A DNA stretch of 63,896 bases, the filler included. It is 6 parts of 6 records of this genome, joined end to end, with 100 filler letters (N's around TTAATTAATTAA, not from the genome) between each part and the next. Parts side by side here need not be neighbours in the genome. Positions count along the whole stretch, not along the records: positions 35,650 to 42,355 come from SRR20825010_5193; positions 42,456 to 51,039 come from SRR20825010_5201; 4 more parts are not named here. One strand, 5' to 3'. Numbering within the stretch: position 1 is the stretch's first letter; each line of letters begins with the position of its first letter. Made by a program: the position numbers and the translations under genes. Positions 38,563-49,352 of the stretch are shown piece by piece. The notes below the pieces were generated by a model, which saw only the letters and a list, made by a program, of their open reading frames with translations, was not told the DNA's origin and did not search any database.

Positions 38563-39855
38563 TTAAAGCGAGACGATGCGAATCATACGCGGTTTCGCCA
38601 CACTATGGGTGAATTTTTCGATTTTTCCAAGGGCGCGGACCAGCGCCGCCTCCTGCACCTCATGGGTGACGAGGATGACGGAAACCGCCTCCTGCCTGGA
38701 ACGGCCACGCTGAAGCAGGCTCTCGATGGAAATATTCTCGTCGCGGAACACCGCCGAGACATCGGCGATCACGCCGGGCTCATCATAAACATTCAGGCAG
38801 ACATAATAGGCGCCCACATGGTCGGCGACCGGGACTTTCGGAATCTCCGTCATTTTCTCGACCGGGATGCCGAAGGTCGGCGTATGGCGACCGAGGGCGA
38901 TATCGACAATATCGGCAACCACGGCGGAGGCGGTCGGCCCCTCGCCCGCGCCGCGCCCGACATAGGACGTCTCATCGACGAAATCGCCATCGACGACAAC
39001 CGCGTTAAAAACACCATTCACATTGGCAATGGTGGTATCGCGCCGGACCATGCAAGGGTGGACCCGCTGCTCAATGCCCTTCTCGGTCCGCCGGGCCACG
39101 CCGAGCAGACGAATGCGGTAGCCAAGCTCGCTCGCCGCCTTGATATCGGCGGCGGTCACGTTGCGGATGCCCTCAATATAGACGCTGGCGAAATCGACCG
39201 GGGTGCCGAAGGCGACGCTGGTCAGGATGGCGAGCTTATGCGCCGCATCGACGCCATCGATATCGAAACCGGGATCAGCCTCCGCATAGCCAAGGTCTTG
39301 CGCGTCCTTCAGGATCGCCTCGAACTCGCCGCCGGTCTCCTCCATTTCGGTGAGGATATAGTTGCAGGTGCCGTTCAGAATACCATAAACACGGGAGATC
39401 GCATTACCCGCGAGCCCTTCGCGCAGGGCCTTGATAATCGGGATACCGCCGGCAACTGCCGCCTCATAGGCAAGCTGGGCGTTGTTTTCCTCGGCGAGTT
39501 TGGCAAGCGCGTTGCCATGCTCGGCCAGCAGCGCCTTGTTTGCGGTCACGACCGGCTTGCCGTTCAGGAGGGATTTCACGCAGAGGTCCTTCGCGACGCC
39601 ATCGCTCCCGCCGATAAGTTCGAGCACGATATCCACATTGGGATCATCGGCGAGGCTGCGCGCATCGTCATGCCATGTCAGCCCCTCAAGCGAGACACCC
39701 CGGTCTTTGGATTTATCGCGCCCGGAAACGGCGGTGACAGTCAGATGCGCGCCGGAGCGCGCCTCCAGCAGATCGCCATGCTCCCGGATAATCTTCAATA
39801 CGCCCGCGCCGACAGTGCCCAGCCCGGCAATCCCTATTTTCACGTTGGTACTCAC
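38563..39855 (-). CDS. hom: Homoserine dehydrogenase
   Basis: GLGTVG, VVTANKA, YEAAVAGGIP, GILNGTCNYIL, GAGEGPTASAV; C-terminal ACT domain. Confidence 0.97.
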   Translation of the reverse strand: MSTNVKIGIAGLGTVGAGVLKIIREHGDLLEARSGAHLTVTAVSGRDKSKDRGVSLEGLTWHDDARSLADDPNVDIVLELIGGSDGVAKDLCVKSLLNGKPVVTANKALLAEHGNALAKLAEENNAQLAYEAAVAGGIPIIKALREGLAGNAISRVYGILNGTCNYILTEMEETGGEFEAILKDAQDLGYAEADPGFDIDGVDAAHKLAILTSVAFGTPVDFASVYIEGIRNVTAADIKAASELGYRIRLLGVARRTEKGIEQRVHPCMVRRDTTIANVNGVFNAVVVDGDFVDETSYVGRGAGEGPTASAVVADIVDIALGRHTPTFGIPVEKMTEIPKVPVADHVGAYYVCLNVYDEPGVIADVSAVFRDENISIESLLQRGRSRQEAVSVILVTHEVQEAALVRALGKIEKFTHSVAKPRMIRIVSL

Positions 39856-39857
39856 TT

Positions 39858-41066
39858 TCAGGACGCCTCTTTCCGTCCGAGATGCGCCTCGGCATTGGAC
39901 ATGAATTTCTTGATATTACGGGCGGCCTGACGAATCCGCTGCTCATTCTCAACCATGGCGACACGGACGAAGCCATCCCCATGCTCACCAAAACCAAGCC
40001 CCGGCGCAACAGCGACCTTTGCCTCCTGCAGGAGGAGTTTGGAGAATTCCAGACTGCCCAGATGCCTGAACGGTTCCGGGATCGGGGCCCAAGCGAACAT
40101 GGTCGCATCCGGCGACGGCACATCCCAGCCCGCGGCGGCAAAGCCGGAGATCAGCACGTCGCGGCGCTGTTTATAAAGCTGGCGGAATTCCTCGACGCAA
40201 TCCTGCGGGCCGTTCAAGGCCGCCGTCGCCGCCACCTGGATTGGCGTGAACGCGCCGTAATCGAGGTAGGACTTGATCCGCGCGAGCGCGCCGACAAGCC
40301 GCTTGTTCCCCGTCGCAAAGCCCATGCGCCAGCCGGGCATGGAATAGGTTTTCGAAAGCGAGGTGAACTCGACCGCGATATCGCGCGCGCCCTCCACCTG
40401 CAGGATCGACGGCGGCTTCACATCGCCGAAGTAAATCTCCGCATAGGCGAGATCGGACAGGATATACATCCCGTGATCCTTGGCGAATTTCACGACCTCC
40501 TTATAAAAATCGAGATCGACCGTCATCGCCGTCGGGTTGGACGGGAAGTTGAGGATCAGGCAGGTCGGCGTCGGGATGCAATGGCGCACCGCGCGTTCCA
40601 GCCCGGCAAAGAAATCAATGCCGGGCCCGACCTCAAAATGGCGGACGACCGCGCCCGCGATGATAAAACCGTACGGGTGGATCGGGTAGCTCGGGTTTGG
40701 CGACAGGATCACATCGCCCGGCGTGGTGATCGCCATGGCGAGGTTGGCAAGCCCCTCTTTCGAGCCCAAGGTCGCGATGGTTTCCGTCTCCGGGTCGATC
40801 TCGACATCGAAGCGGCGCTTGTAATAGGCGGCGTTGGCGCGGCGCAGGCCCGGGATGCCCCGGCTGGTCGAATAGCGATGGGTGCGGCCGTCACGGGCGG
40901 TTTCCACCAGCTTGTCGACAATATGCTGCGGCGTCGGGCTGTCCGGGTTGCCCATGCCGAGATCGATGATGTCTTCTCCGGCCGCTCGCGCCGCTGCCTT
41001 CATCCGATTGACTTCTTCGAAGACATAGGGTGGCAAGCGTTTTATGCGGTGAAAATCCGGATCCAT
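39858..41066 (-). CDS. PLP-dependent class I aminotransferase (AlaC/LL-diaminopimelate aminotransferase-like)
   Basis: RLPPYVF, DLGMGNPD, GSKEG, SDLAY, SKTYSMPGWR; usual position upstream of hom. Confidence 0.92.
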   Translation of the reverse strand: MDPDFHRIKRLPPYVFEEVNRMKAAARAAGEDIIDLGMGNPDSPTPQHIVDKLVETARDGRTHRYSTSRGIPGLRRANAAYYKRRFDVEIDPETETIATLGSKEGLANLAMAITTPGDVILSPNPSYPIHPYGFIIAGAVVRHFEVGPGIDFFAGLERAVRHCIPTPTCLILNFPSNPTAMTVDLDFYKEVVKFAKDHGMYILSDLAYAEIYFGDVKPPSILQVEGARDIAVEFTSLSKTYSMPGWRMGFATGNKRLVGALARIKSYLDYGAFTPIQVAATAALNGPQDCVEEFRQLYKQRRDVLISGFAAAGWDVPSPDATMFAWAPIPEPFRHLGSLEFSKLLLQEAKVAVAPGLGFGEHGDGFVRVAMVENEQRIRQAARNIKKFMSNAEAHLGRKEAS

Positions 41067-41167
41067 CGGCCTCTTCCTGTTACGTTAATAGGGCGGCTCC
41101 CGGCGCGCATTTCGGGCGATCCGGGTTCCTGGGTTAAATTCTATGCGGGTATTTAAACGACTTTTGG

Positions 41168-42325
41168 TTAATTTAGAAGAAAGATTTCGGCGCGGCGATT
41201 CTTTGCTTCCGCGCTCGGCATCGGCTCGGTGATCATCGGCTTCGTATCGCTGACGGATTCAACCAGCAGATTGGAGGGCTCCACCCCCGCCTTGATGAAA
41301 TACTCCGCAATCGTCGAGGCCCGCGCCTGCGAGGCATTGAGATTGACGATCATATGCTTTTCCTCCGCCATCTGCCGTGTCCGGCTGGAGGCATGACCGA
41401 CGATTTTAAGCGTCCCGCCCGCCGCCATCTGGGTCCGGGCGATGCGGTCGAGCTTGGCTTTATCCGCGGCATTGATCCGGTGGGACCCTTGCGCGAAATA
41501 AATTGTCTCGATCGGCGAGCTGCCGTCGGAGGCGGCGTAATTCGGAATGACGCGCCCGCCATCATCGGACGGCGGCGTCAGGGTGACCGACCCGTTCGAA
41601 GAAGCGGAGGCGGAGGCAGAAGATGAGGGGGACGGCGCGGCGGTGTCCGTCGCACTGCTTGACGATCCGCCCGAACTCATCGTGTCCGGCAGACGGGTCG
41701 CGCCGGAGGCGGCGAGCTGCTGCTCAAACACGCTTTCAATTGCAGGCTTCTGGGCGGCCTCCCCGCTGATAACCTGTTCGCGGAGGGGGGCTGGCGCCGG
41801 CGTGGTGTCCGGTGCGGCTTCGGCGACAGACGGCGCGGGCAGCGGCGTTTCCGTCACCTCTTCCTGCGCCACCGTGGCAACGACGGGGGCCTCCACCTCG
41901 GCGGTCTTTTCTTCAACAACTTCCGTGACGGTCTCGGTGACGGTTTCAGACCCCTCTGCCGTTGCCGTTTCGGTCACTTCGGTGACAGTCTCGGTCTTGA
42001 CTTCGGTCACCTCCTCGACCACCGGTTTTGGCGGCGCGGGGAGCGGCGGCTGCAAGGAGGTATCGGCGCGCAGGGTTTCATCGGTATAGCGGGCATTGTC
42101 GCGGTCGGCGCGCAACCCTTCCTCGATCTTCTCCGCCTCCGCCAGTGTCGCGACCGTTTCCGGCGCCTCCGGCAGCTTGTTCACATTCGGATATTCCGCC
42201 GCCTCCTGTTCCTCGGTGTTATCCGTGGAGCAGGCGGTTCCCGCCAGCAGCGCGACCAGAAGAACACCTCCCAACAGAAGTCGGGCACCCTTTAAGAACC
42301 GATTTTCGAAAGCGTTTATCGTCAT
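41168..42325 (-). CDS. OmpA-domain lipoprotein with long low-complexity linker
   Basis: Lipobox GTAC; T/E/V- and S-rich linker; C-terminal IYFAQGS, VGHAS, SQARA, NRRAEI. Confidence 0.8.
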   Translation of the reverse strand: MTINAFENRFLKGARLLLGGVLLVALLAGTACSTDNTEEQEAAEYPNVNKLPEAPETVATLAEAEKIEEGLRADRDNARYTDETLRADTSLQPPLPAPPKPVVEEVTEVKTETVTEVTETATAEGSETVTETVTEVVEEKTAEVEAPVVATVAQEEVTETPLPAPSVAEAAPDTTPAPAPLREQVISGEAAQKPAIESVFEQQLAASGATRLPDTMSSGGSSSSATDTAAPSPSSSASASASSNGSVTLTPPSDDGGRVIPNYAASDGSSPIETIYFAQGSHRINAADKAKLDRIARTQMAAGGTLKIVGHASSRTRQMAEEKHMIVNLNASQARASTIAEYFIKAGVEPSNLLVESVSDTKPMITEPMPSAEAKNRRAEIFLLN

Positions 42326-42355
42326 GGTCATTGAACTGTCCGTTAAGCCCCGTCC

Positions 42356-42455
42356 NNNNNNNNNNNNNNNNNNNNNNNNNNNNNNNNNNNNNNNNNNNNT
42401 TAATTAATTAANNNNNNNNNNNNNNNNNNNNNNNNNNNNNNNNNNNNNNNNNNNN
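42356..42455. other. Artificial contig spacer
   Basis: N44-TTAATTAATTAA-N44. Confidence 0.99.
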
Positions 42456-42456
42456 C

Positions 42457-45153
42457 TACCTCGATTACGCGATGAGCGTGATCGTATCCCGGGCGCTTCC
42501 CGATGTACGTGACGGCCTGAAGCCTGTTCATCGTCGTATTTTGTTCTCAATGCATGAAAACGGGTTTGAATGGAACAAGCCGTTCCGTAAGTCCGCTCGT
42601 GTTACCGGGGACGTCATGGGTAAATATCACCCTCACGGTGATAGCGCCATTTATGATGCCCTGGTGCGGATGGCACAAAGCTTCTCCATGCGTGCGCCGC
42701 TCGTGGACGGCCAAGGTAATTTTGGCTCGATGGACGGCGATAGCGCCGCCGCGATGCGTTACACAGAAGCACGTATGTCCAAGATTTCGTCGATGATTCT
42801 GGCGGACATCGATAAGGATACGGTCAATTTCCAGGCCAACTATGACGAAAGCGAGCACGAGCCAGTTGTTCTGCCAGCTCGCTTCCCGAACCTCCTTGTA
42901 AATGGTGGTACCGGTATTGCTGTTGGTATGGCGACGAACATCCCGCCACATAGCCTTCGTGAAGTTATTGACGGTGTATGTGCGGTAATCGACGATCCTG
43001 ATATCGATACAGATGGGTTGATGGAGCATATTACAGGCCCAGATTTCCCAACTGGCGGTATTATTCTTGGTGCGGGTGGTATCCGCCAGGCATATGAGAC
43101 CGGCAAGGGCTCGATCACGATCCGGAGCCGATCCCATGTGGAAGAAATTCGCAAAGACCGCTGGGCGATCGTGATCACTGAAATCCCGTTCCAGGTTAAC
43201 AAGTCCTCGATGATTGAAAAGATTGCTGAATGTGTGCAAACCAAGCGCATCGAAGGCATCTCTGACATTCGTGACGAGAGTGACCGTGATGGCGTTCGTG
43301 TCGTTGTTGAGTTGAAACGTGACGCGGTTTCGGAAGTTGTCCTTAACCAGCTATTCCGCTTCACTCAAGTTCAAACGAGCTTCGGCATCAATATGCTGGC
43401 GCTTGATGGGGGCCGCCCGGAGCAGCTTTCCCTGAAACGTGTATTGCAGGCGTTTATCGACTTCCGTGAAGAAGTGATTACCCGCCGCACCAAGTTCGAG
43501 CTCAATAAGGCTCGCGACCGTGCGCACATCATGGTTGGTCTTGTTACTGCCGTAACCAATATCGACGAAGTGGTCGCTATTATACGCGGGGCTAAATCAC
43601 CGGCGGAAGCACGGGAATCCTTGGCGGCGCGCCGTTGGGAAGCAACGGAAATATTGCCTTACCTCGAGCTGATCAATGAGACGAGCAGGCTGAATGAAGA
43701 CGGTACCTACCAGCTTTCCGAGGTTCAGATTAAGTCGATCCTTGATCTCCGCCTGCACCGCCTTACAGCACTTGGCCGCGACGAAATCGGTTCTGAACTA
43801 GAAGAGCTGGCGGCTCGTATCCGCGAGTTTCTTGAAATTCTTCAGTCACGCGTTCGTCTATATGAGGTTTTGCGCGGTGAACTTGAAGCTGTACGTGCTG
43901 AATTTGGCGATGACCGCCGCACTGAAATCGACATGAACGCCATTACTGGCCTCGATGCCGAGGACCTTATCGCTCGTGAAGATATGGTGGTGACGGTTAC
44001 ACAGTCTGGTTATATCAAGCGTGTACCGCTTTCCACTTACCGCGCGCAGCGCCGTGGTGGTAAGGGCCGTTCCGGCATGCAAACGAAGGATGAGGATTTC
44101 CTCTCTACCGTGTTTATTGCCGATACGCACACGCCGGTATTGTTCTTCTCCAATCTGGGGCAGGTGTACAAGCTGAAGGTATGGAAGTTGCCTCTTGGCA
44201 ACCCGCAGTCCAAAGGCAAGGCGGTAATCAACCTATTGCCGCTCCAGCAGGATGAAACTATCGCAACTATTCTGCCGCTTCCGGAGGACGAGGATAGCTG
44301 GGGTGAACTGCAGGTGATGTTTGCGACAGCGTTTGGTAACGTGCGTCGCAACAAGCTCTCCGACTTCTCGAATGTTATGTCTAACGGCAAGATCGCAATT
44401 CGCTTCTCGAATGAAGATGACAAATTGATTGGTGTGGACGTTTGTTCTGAGAACGATCATGTGCTGCTTGCAGCAAAAGGTGGCCGCGCTGTGCGCTTTA
44501 AAACCACCGATGTTCGTCTGTTTGCGGGCCGGACCTCTACCGGCGTGCGCGGCATGAAGTTTGCTCAGGGAGATGAAGTTGTCTCCATGCACATCATCAA
44601 CGGCACCGACGCTTCCACCGACGAGCGGGACGCTTACCTTAGAGCAGCCCCTTGGAAAGTTGAGCCGAATGAGCAAACGCTATCAAACGAGCGCATGGCT
44701 GAGATGGAAGAGTGTGAGCAGTTTATTCTGACCGTAACCAGCAAAGGCTTCGGCAAGCGGACCAGCAGCCATGAGTATCGCCTCACCAACCGCGGCGGAC
44801 AGGGTATCTGGAACGTTCCGTCAGATGCGCGACTGCGTGAGCAAATCGGTGGGGTTATTGCGGCGTTCCCAATTACCGCTGGCGAGCAAATCATGATGGT
44901 AACCGATCATGGCAAGCTGATTAGAACACCTGTTCATGACGTCCGAATCGCGAGCCGCAATACCAAGGGCGTTACGCTCTTCAAGGTAGCTGATACGGAA
45001 GAGATCGTCTCTGTTGCGAAACTGCAGGAATCCGATGAAGACGATGAGGATGAAGGCGAAATCGAAGCTGGTGCAGAAGTGGCCGCAGCCGATGGTGTAG
45101 ACGTATCAGATGATAGTTCGTCTTCAGATGAAGAGCCTTCCACTGAAGAATAA
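42457..45153 (+). CDS. gyrA: DNA gyrase subunit A, 5'-truncated
   Basis: [38 protein letters not shown], GyrA-box QRRGGKG, acidic tail. Confidence 0.98.
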   Translation, partial: YLDYAMSVIVSRALPDVRDGLKPVHRRILFSMHENGFEWNKPFRKSARVTGDVMGKYHPHGDSAIYDALVRMAQSFSMRAPLVDGQGNFGSMDGDSAAAMRYTEARMSKISSMILADIDKDTVNFQANYDESEHEPVVLPARFPNLLVNGGTGIAVGMATNIPPHSLREVIDGVCAVIDDPDIDTDGLMEHITGPDFPTGGIILGAGGIRQAYETGKGSITIRSRSHVEEIRKDRWAIVITEIPFQVNKSSMIEKIAECVQTKRIEGISDIRDESDRDGVRVVVELKRDAVSEVVLNQLFRFTQVQTSFGINMLALDGGRPEQLSLKRVLQAFIDFREEVITRRTKFELNKARDRAHIMVGLVTAVTNIDEVVAIIRGAKSPAEARESLAARRWEATEILPYLELINETSRLNEDGTYQLSEVQIKSILDLRLHRLTALGRDEIGSELEELAARIREFLEILQSRVRLYEVLRGELEAVRAEFGDDRRTEIDMNAITGLDAEDLIAREDMVVTVTQSGYIKRVPLSTYRAQRRGGKGRSGMQTKDEDFLSTVFIADTHTPVLFFSNLGQVYKLKVWKLPLGNPQSKGKAVINLLPLQQDETIATILPLPEDEDSWGELQVMFATAFGNVRRNKLSDFSNVMSNGKIAIRFSNEDDKLIGVDVCSENDHVLLAAKGGRAVRFKTTDVRLFAGRTSTGVRGMKFAQGDEVVSMHIINGTDASTDERDAYLRAAPWKVEPNEQTLSNERMAEMEECEQFILTVTSKGFGKRTSSHEYRLTNRGGQGIWNVPSDARLREQIGGVIAAFPITAGEQIMMVTDHGKLIRTPVHDVRIASRNTKGVTLFKVADTEEIVSVAKLQESDEDDEDEGEIEAGAEVAAADGVDVSDDSSSSDEEPSTEE

Positions 45154-45176
45154 TAAATATATTTAAAACAATGAAT

Positions 45177-45211
45177 AAAAGCTCGCTCTTAATATAAAGG
45201 GCGAGCTTTTT
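45177..45211. terminator. Bidirectional terminator between gyrA and LysE gene
   Basis: AAAAGCTCGCTCTT...AAGGGCGAGCTTTT. Confidence 0.8.
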
Positions 45212-45842
45212 AGTTATTGAGGAATAACAACAACACAGCACCAAGTGCCAAAGCTGATCCTGAGATACGATTGATCAGAAGTGCTGAACTTTGCTTCATG
45301 AGGAATTTGCGTGCCGTCGCTGCGGCCAGTACCCAGCCCCCATCAAGCGCAGGCGCAAGGACAGCAAAGGTGAGGGCCAGCGCGTTCAACTGCGGTGCGG
45401 GCTCGAGGTCTGCCGCGATAAACTGCGGGAAGAACGCGGCAAAGAACAGGATAGCTTTGGGGTTTGTGGCGCCGATTATAACCGCGGACCTGAAGGCCTT
45501 GGCTGGCGTACGTTCCAAACTATAGCCATCCATCTCAGCCGGGTTAGCCTTTGCGCGAAATGCCCGTATTGCCAGATACATTAGATAAGCCGCCCCAACT
45601 CCTCGAACGACATTGAACATCGGAGGCGAAATTTCACCGATAATCGTGCTGAAGCCGAGCAGGTAAATGACAAGCATTACTGTGGTGCTTAGCGCCGCGC
45701 CCAAAACAACAGCCAAACCATGTCTCGCGCTGTGGCTAAGGGTCTCTGCGATAATCAGGCTGACGACAGGCCCCGGCGTAAGCACTAGGAGGAAGACAGC
45801 ACCAATGAAAAAACCATACAATAGTGGATCGACAAGCAACAT
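45210..45842 (-). CDS. LysE/RhtB family translocator
   Basis: LTPGP, GAAYL, TNPKAILFFAAFFPQF. Confidence 0.9.
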   Translation of the reverse strand: MLLVDPLLYGFFIGAVFLLVLTPGPVVSLIIAETLSHSARHGLAVVLGAALSTTVMLVIYLLGFSTIIGEISPPMFNVVRGVGAAYLMYLAIRAFRAKANPAEMDGYSLERTPAKAFRSAVIIGATNPKAILFFAAFFPQFIAADLEPAPQLNALALTFAVLAPALDGGWVLAAATARKFLMKQSSALLINRISGSALALGAVLLLFLNN

Positions 45843-45997
45843 GATCTACCTTCACCCGATGAACCAAGAAGCCAGTTGGCTCTTGTTTTTTCTGCTGTAT
45901 TCGTGAATGTTGCTGCAAAGCTTGACGATTGCAACTTTTGCATGGCGCCTGTAGCCACATAGTCGCTCGTCACAAGGTTAAAGTTATGGGAGGTATC

Positions 45998-46516
45998 GTG
46001 AGCGCGCCGAGAGTTGGAATTTATCCTGGCACATTTGATCCGATAACCAATGGTCATCTGGATATTATCAAGCGCGGGCTGCGCCTCGTTGATCGTCTTG
46101 TTATTGGTGTTGCAACAAACCCAAGCAAAGACCCGCTATTCACGCTCGAAGAACGCGTGGCGATGGTGGCACAGGAGGCCGCCCCCTTGGCTGAATCCGC
46201 TGGCGTTGATTTTGAGGTCGTTCAGTTCAACGAGCTTTTGATGCACTTTGCCGAGCGTGTCGGCGCCGATATCATTATCCGTGGGTTGCGCGCGGTTGCT
46301 GACTTTGAATATGAGTTCCAGATGACAGGCATGAATTATCAGATCAATCCTGATATTGAGACGGTATTTCTGATGGCGGACCCTAAATACCAAACCATAG
46401 CGTCGCGCCTCGTGAAGGAGGTTGCGCGCTATGACGGAAAAATTTCCAGCTTCGTACCTGTCCGTGTGGCAGAAGCAGTGGTCAAGCGAGTGGCCGAGAG
46501 CCGCGCTGGCAAGTAA
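45998..46516 (+). CDS. coaD: Phosphopantetheine adenylyltransferase
   Basis: YPGTFDPITNGHLDII, RGLRAVADFEYE; GGAGG RBS before GTG. Confidence 0.96.
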   Translation: MSAPRVGIYPGTFDPITNGHLDIIKRGLRLVDRLVIGVATNPSKDPLFTLEERVAMVAQEAAPLAESAGVDFEVVQFNELLMHFAERVGADIIIRGLRAVADFEYEFQMTGMNYQINPDIETVFLMADPKYQTIASRLVKEVARYDGKISSFVPVRVAEAVVKRVAESRAGK

Positions 46517-46549
46517 CAACCAATCGGAATGATAGGTTACGAGAGAGTG

Positions 46550-47083
46550 ATGAAACGTATTTTCCTTACACTAATGATGATGGTGGGCCTAATGAGTGAA
46601 ACTTCCGCAGCCTTTGAGCTGGATAAAGAAAACACCCTGTATCTGGACCTGGAGTTTGGTAGGGTTGTTATTGCAATGCGTCCGGACGCAGCGCCGAACC
46701 ATGTCGCTCGCGTAAAGGAGCTTGTGCGTGAAGGTTTTTATGATGGCGTCACCTTTCACAGGGTGATTCCAGGGTTTATGGCTCAAACAGGGGATCCTAC
46801 GGGCACTGGTATGGGTGGTTCAGGCAAGAAGATTGACGCTGAATTCAATAACCTGCCTCATCTGCGCGGAACGGTTTCCATGGCTCGTGCTGACGACCCA
46901 AACAGCGGTGACAGTCAGTTCTTTATCTGCTTTGACCGCTCAAGCTTCCTTGATGGCAGCTACACTGCATGGGGCCGTGTGGTTGGGGGCATGGAATTTG
47001 TGGATATGATTGCGGTGGGCGAACCGCCAGCAGAACCTTCTAAAATCGTCAAAATGCAGGTCGCGGCTGACGGGAAGGAATAG
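46550..47083 (+). CDS. Cyclophilin-type peptidyl-prolyl isomerase
   Basis: FYDGVTFHRVIPGFMAQTGDP, SMAR, SQFFI; signal peptide. Confidence 0.95.
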   Translation: MKRIFLTLMMMVGLMSETSAAFELDKENTLYLDLEFGRVVIAMRPDAAPNHVARVKELVREGFYDGVTFHRVIPGFMAQTGDPTGTGMGGSGKKIDAEFNNLPHLRGTVSMARADDPNSGDSQFFICFDRSSFLDGSYTAWGRVVGGMEFVDMIAVGEPPAEPSKIVKMQVAADGKE

Positions 47084-47106
47084 AATTAGATATTGGTAAT
47101 GACTGG

Positions 47107-47133
47107 AGGGGCGCTACTTTAGCGCCCCTTTTT
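47107..47133 (+). terminator. Intrinsic terminator
   Basis: AGGGGCGCTA-CTT-TAGCGCCCCT followed by T run. Confidence 0.8.
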
Positions 47134-47171
47134 CTTGTTAATAGCTCCAAGTTTCGATACAAGCGCGGCCC

Positions 47172-48212
47172 ATGGATATAGAGCTCTTCAATTTTGACCT
47201 GCCACGCGAGAATATCGCGCTACGCCCCGCATCTCCTCGTGATGCGGCAAAGATGCTTGTCGTTAAACCCGAAGGTCTTGAGCACAAGGGCGTGTTGGAT
47301 CTTGCAGACTACCTCACAGAAAAAGACGTGCTGGTATTTAACGACACACGTGTGATCCCCGGTCGGTTAAGCGGCAAGCGCGGTGATGCCAAGGTTGAAC
47401 TCACCTTGCACAAACGGGAAAGCGATACTGTTTGGCGCGCGTTTGCAAAACCGGCCAAGAAATGCAGGCTGGGTGACAAGCTGGATTTCAATGGGCTCGC
47501 TGCAGAGGTTATCGCCCTAGGTGCAGAAGGCGAACGAACGATCAAGTTTGAGGTGCCTGAAAGTACAATGACATCGGCACTTGAAACGCATGGCGTGATG
47601 CCACTACCGCCATATATTGCCAGCCAGCGCGCGGTTGATGAGCGTGACAAATTTGACTATCAGACCGTTTTTGCAAAAGAAGATGGCGCTGTCGCTGCAC
47701 CCACTGCCGGGCTGCATTTTACGCCCAAGATGCTTGAATGTTTGTCTGACAAGGGTGTGAACCGCTATGGTGTTACACTACATGTCGGCGCAGGCACCTT
47801 TCTCCCCGTAAAGGTGGAAAATACCGACGACCATAAAATGCACAGCGAATGGGGCGAAATTACTCCTGAAGTCGCTGAAGCGCTAAACCAGGCGCGAGCA
47901 AAGGGTGGCCGCATTGTCGCTGTAGGGACAACATCCTTGCGGTTACTGGAAAGCGCAGCATCACCAGATGGCAAGATACTGCCTTTCAAAGGCGACACCG
48001 ATATTTTCATCACCCCCGGTTACCGCTTCAAAGGGGTGGACCTCCTGATGACCAATTTTCATCTGCCATGTTCAACACTGTTTATGCTGGTCTCCGCCTT
48101 CTCTGGGATGGAGATCATGCGTAACGCCTATGATGTTGCCATTGCGGAAAAGTACCGTTTCTACTCTTATGGGGATAGCAGCCTGTTGTTCCCTGCTAAG
48201 GATACACAATGA
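47172..48212 (+). CDS. queA: SAM:tRNA ribosyltransferase-isomerase
   Basis: [48 protein letters not shown]. Confidence 0.97.
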   Translation: MDIELFNFDLPRENIALRPASPRDAAKMLVVKPEGLEHKGVLDLADYLTEKDVLVFNDTRVIPGRLSGKRGDAKVELTLHKRESDTVWRAFAKPAKKCRLGDKLDFNGLAAEVIALGAEGERTIKFEVPESTMTSALETHGVMPLPPYIASQRAVDERDKFDYQTVFAKEDGAVAAPTAGLHFTPKMLECLSDKGVNRYGVTLHVGAGTFLPVKVENTDDHKMHSEWGEITPEVAEALNQARAKGGRIVAVGTTSLRLLESAASPDGKILPFKGDTDIFITPGYRFKGVDLLMTNFHLPCSTLFMLVSAFSGMEIMRNAYDVAIAEKYRFYSYGDSSLLFPAKDTQ

Positions 48213-49351
48213 CCGAGCGCTTCAAGTTCAACGTTCACGCAACCGACGGCGCTGCCCGTACGGGCACCATTGAAATGCTTCGGGGTGAAATTCGTACACC
48301 AGCATTCATGCCGGTGGGCACTGCAGGTACCGTAAAAGCAATGTTGCCTGAAAGTGTGCGTTCAACGGGTGCAGACATCCTACTCGGCAATACCTATCAT
48401 CTCATGCTTCGCCCCACGGCCGAACGCGTCGATCACCTAGGCGGTTTGCATAAGTTCATGAACTGGGACCGGCCGATTCTGACAGACTCTGGCGGGTTTC
48501 AGGTAATGTCTTTGACCCAGCTGCGAAAAATGAGCGAGGAGGGGGTAACCTTCCAGTCGCACCTAGATGGCCGCAAAATATTACTGTCGCCGGAGCGCTC
48601 AATGGAAATCCAGCGCCTTCTCGGTACTGACATCGTCATGAGTTTCGACGAGTGTACGCCGTTCCCAGCAACTTTTGATGAAGCCAAAAGGTCGATGGAA
48701 CTGTCGATGCGTTGGGCGAAGCGCTCTAGGGATGGGTTCAATAGTGGCGCGGATCACGCAGCGCGCGCGGCACTTTTTGGCATTGTTCAAGGCGGGGTTT
48801 ATAACGATCTCCGTTTTCGCTCCATTGATGCGCTACAGGAAATCGGGTTTGACGGTTATGCCGTTGGCGGCCTTGCGGTAGGCGAAGGGCAAGAGACCAT
48901 GTTCAAGGTTCTCGATTTCACGATGCCTCGCATGCCAAAAGAAACCCCGAGGTACCTCATGGGTGTCGGCAAGCCTGATGATATCGTGGGCGCTGTTGAG
49001 CGCGGCATAGACATGTTTGACTGTGTGCTGCCAACGCGCTCCGGCCGCACGGGCCAGGGCTTCACATGGAACGGCGCCATCAACATGAAAAACGCGCGTC
49101 ATAAGGACGACCCACGCCCCATTAGCGACACCTGCTCATGTGCAGCATGCAGTAACTATAGCCGTGCCTATGTCCACCACCTTATTCGAGCAGGCGAGAT
49201 ACTAGGCGCGATGCTCCTTACATGGCATAATTTGCAGTTCTATCAGGATTTGATGGAAGGCCTACGCAAAGCTATCGTGGAGGGCAGCCTGACAGCGTTC
49301 GCTGCCCAATTCCGTGAACAGTATGCTTCTGGCGATATCGAGCCAGTTTAA
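48209..49351 (+). CDS. tgt: tRNA-guanine transglycosylase
   Basis: [41 protein letters not shown], CxCxxC zinc site. Confidence 0.97.
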   Translation: MTERFKFNVHATDGAARTGTIEMLRGEIRTPAFMPVGTAGTVKAMLPESVRSTGADILLGNTYHLMLRPTAERVDHLGGLHKFMNWDRPILTDSGGFQVMSLTQLRKMSEEGVTFQSHLDGRKILLSPERSMEIQRLLGTDIVMSFDECTPFPATFDEAKRSMELSMRWAKRSRDGFNSGADHAARAALFGIVQGGVYNDLRFRSIDALQEIGFDGYAVGGLAVGEGQETMFKVLDFTMPRMPKETPRYLMGVGKPDDIVGAVERGIDMFDCVLPTRSGRTGQGFTWNGAINMKNARHKDDPRPISDTCSCAACSNYSRAYVHHLIRAGEILGAMLLTWHNLQFYQDLMEGLRKAIVEGSLTAFAAQFREQYASGDIEPV

Positions 49352-49352
49352 C

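Noticed and set aside
36240-41156. Long plus-strand ORFs (328, 311, 441 and 424 aa)
   Set aside because: Antisense shadows of recJ, glpX, hom and the aminotransferase caused by high-GC codon bias; no motifs
24369-49351. Queuosine pathway linking the QTMAN-like glycosyltransferase with queA/tgt
   Set aside because: Genes are on different contigs, apparently from different classes of bacteria
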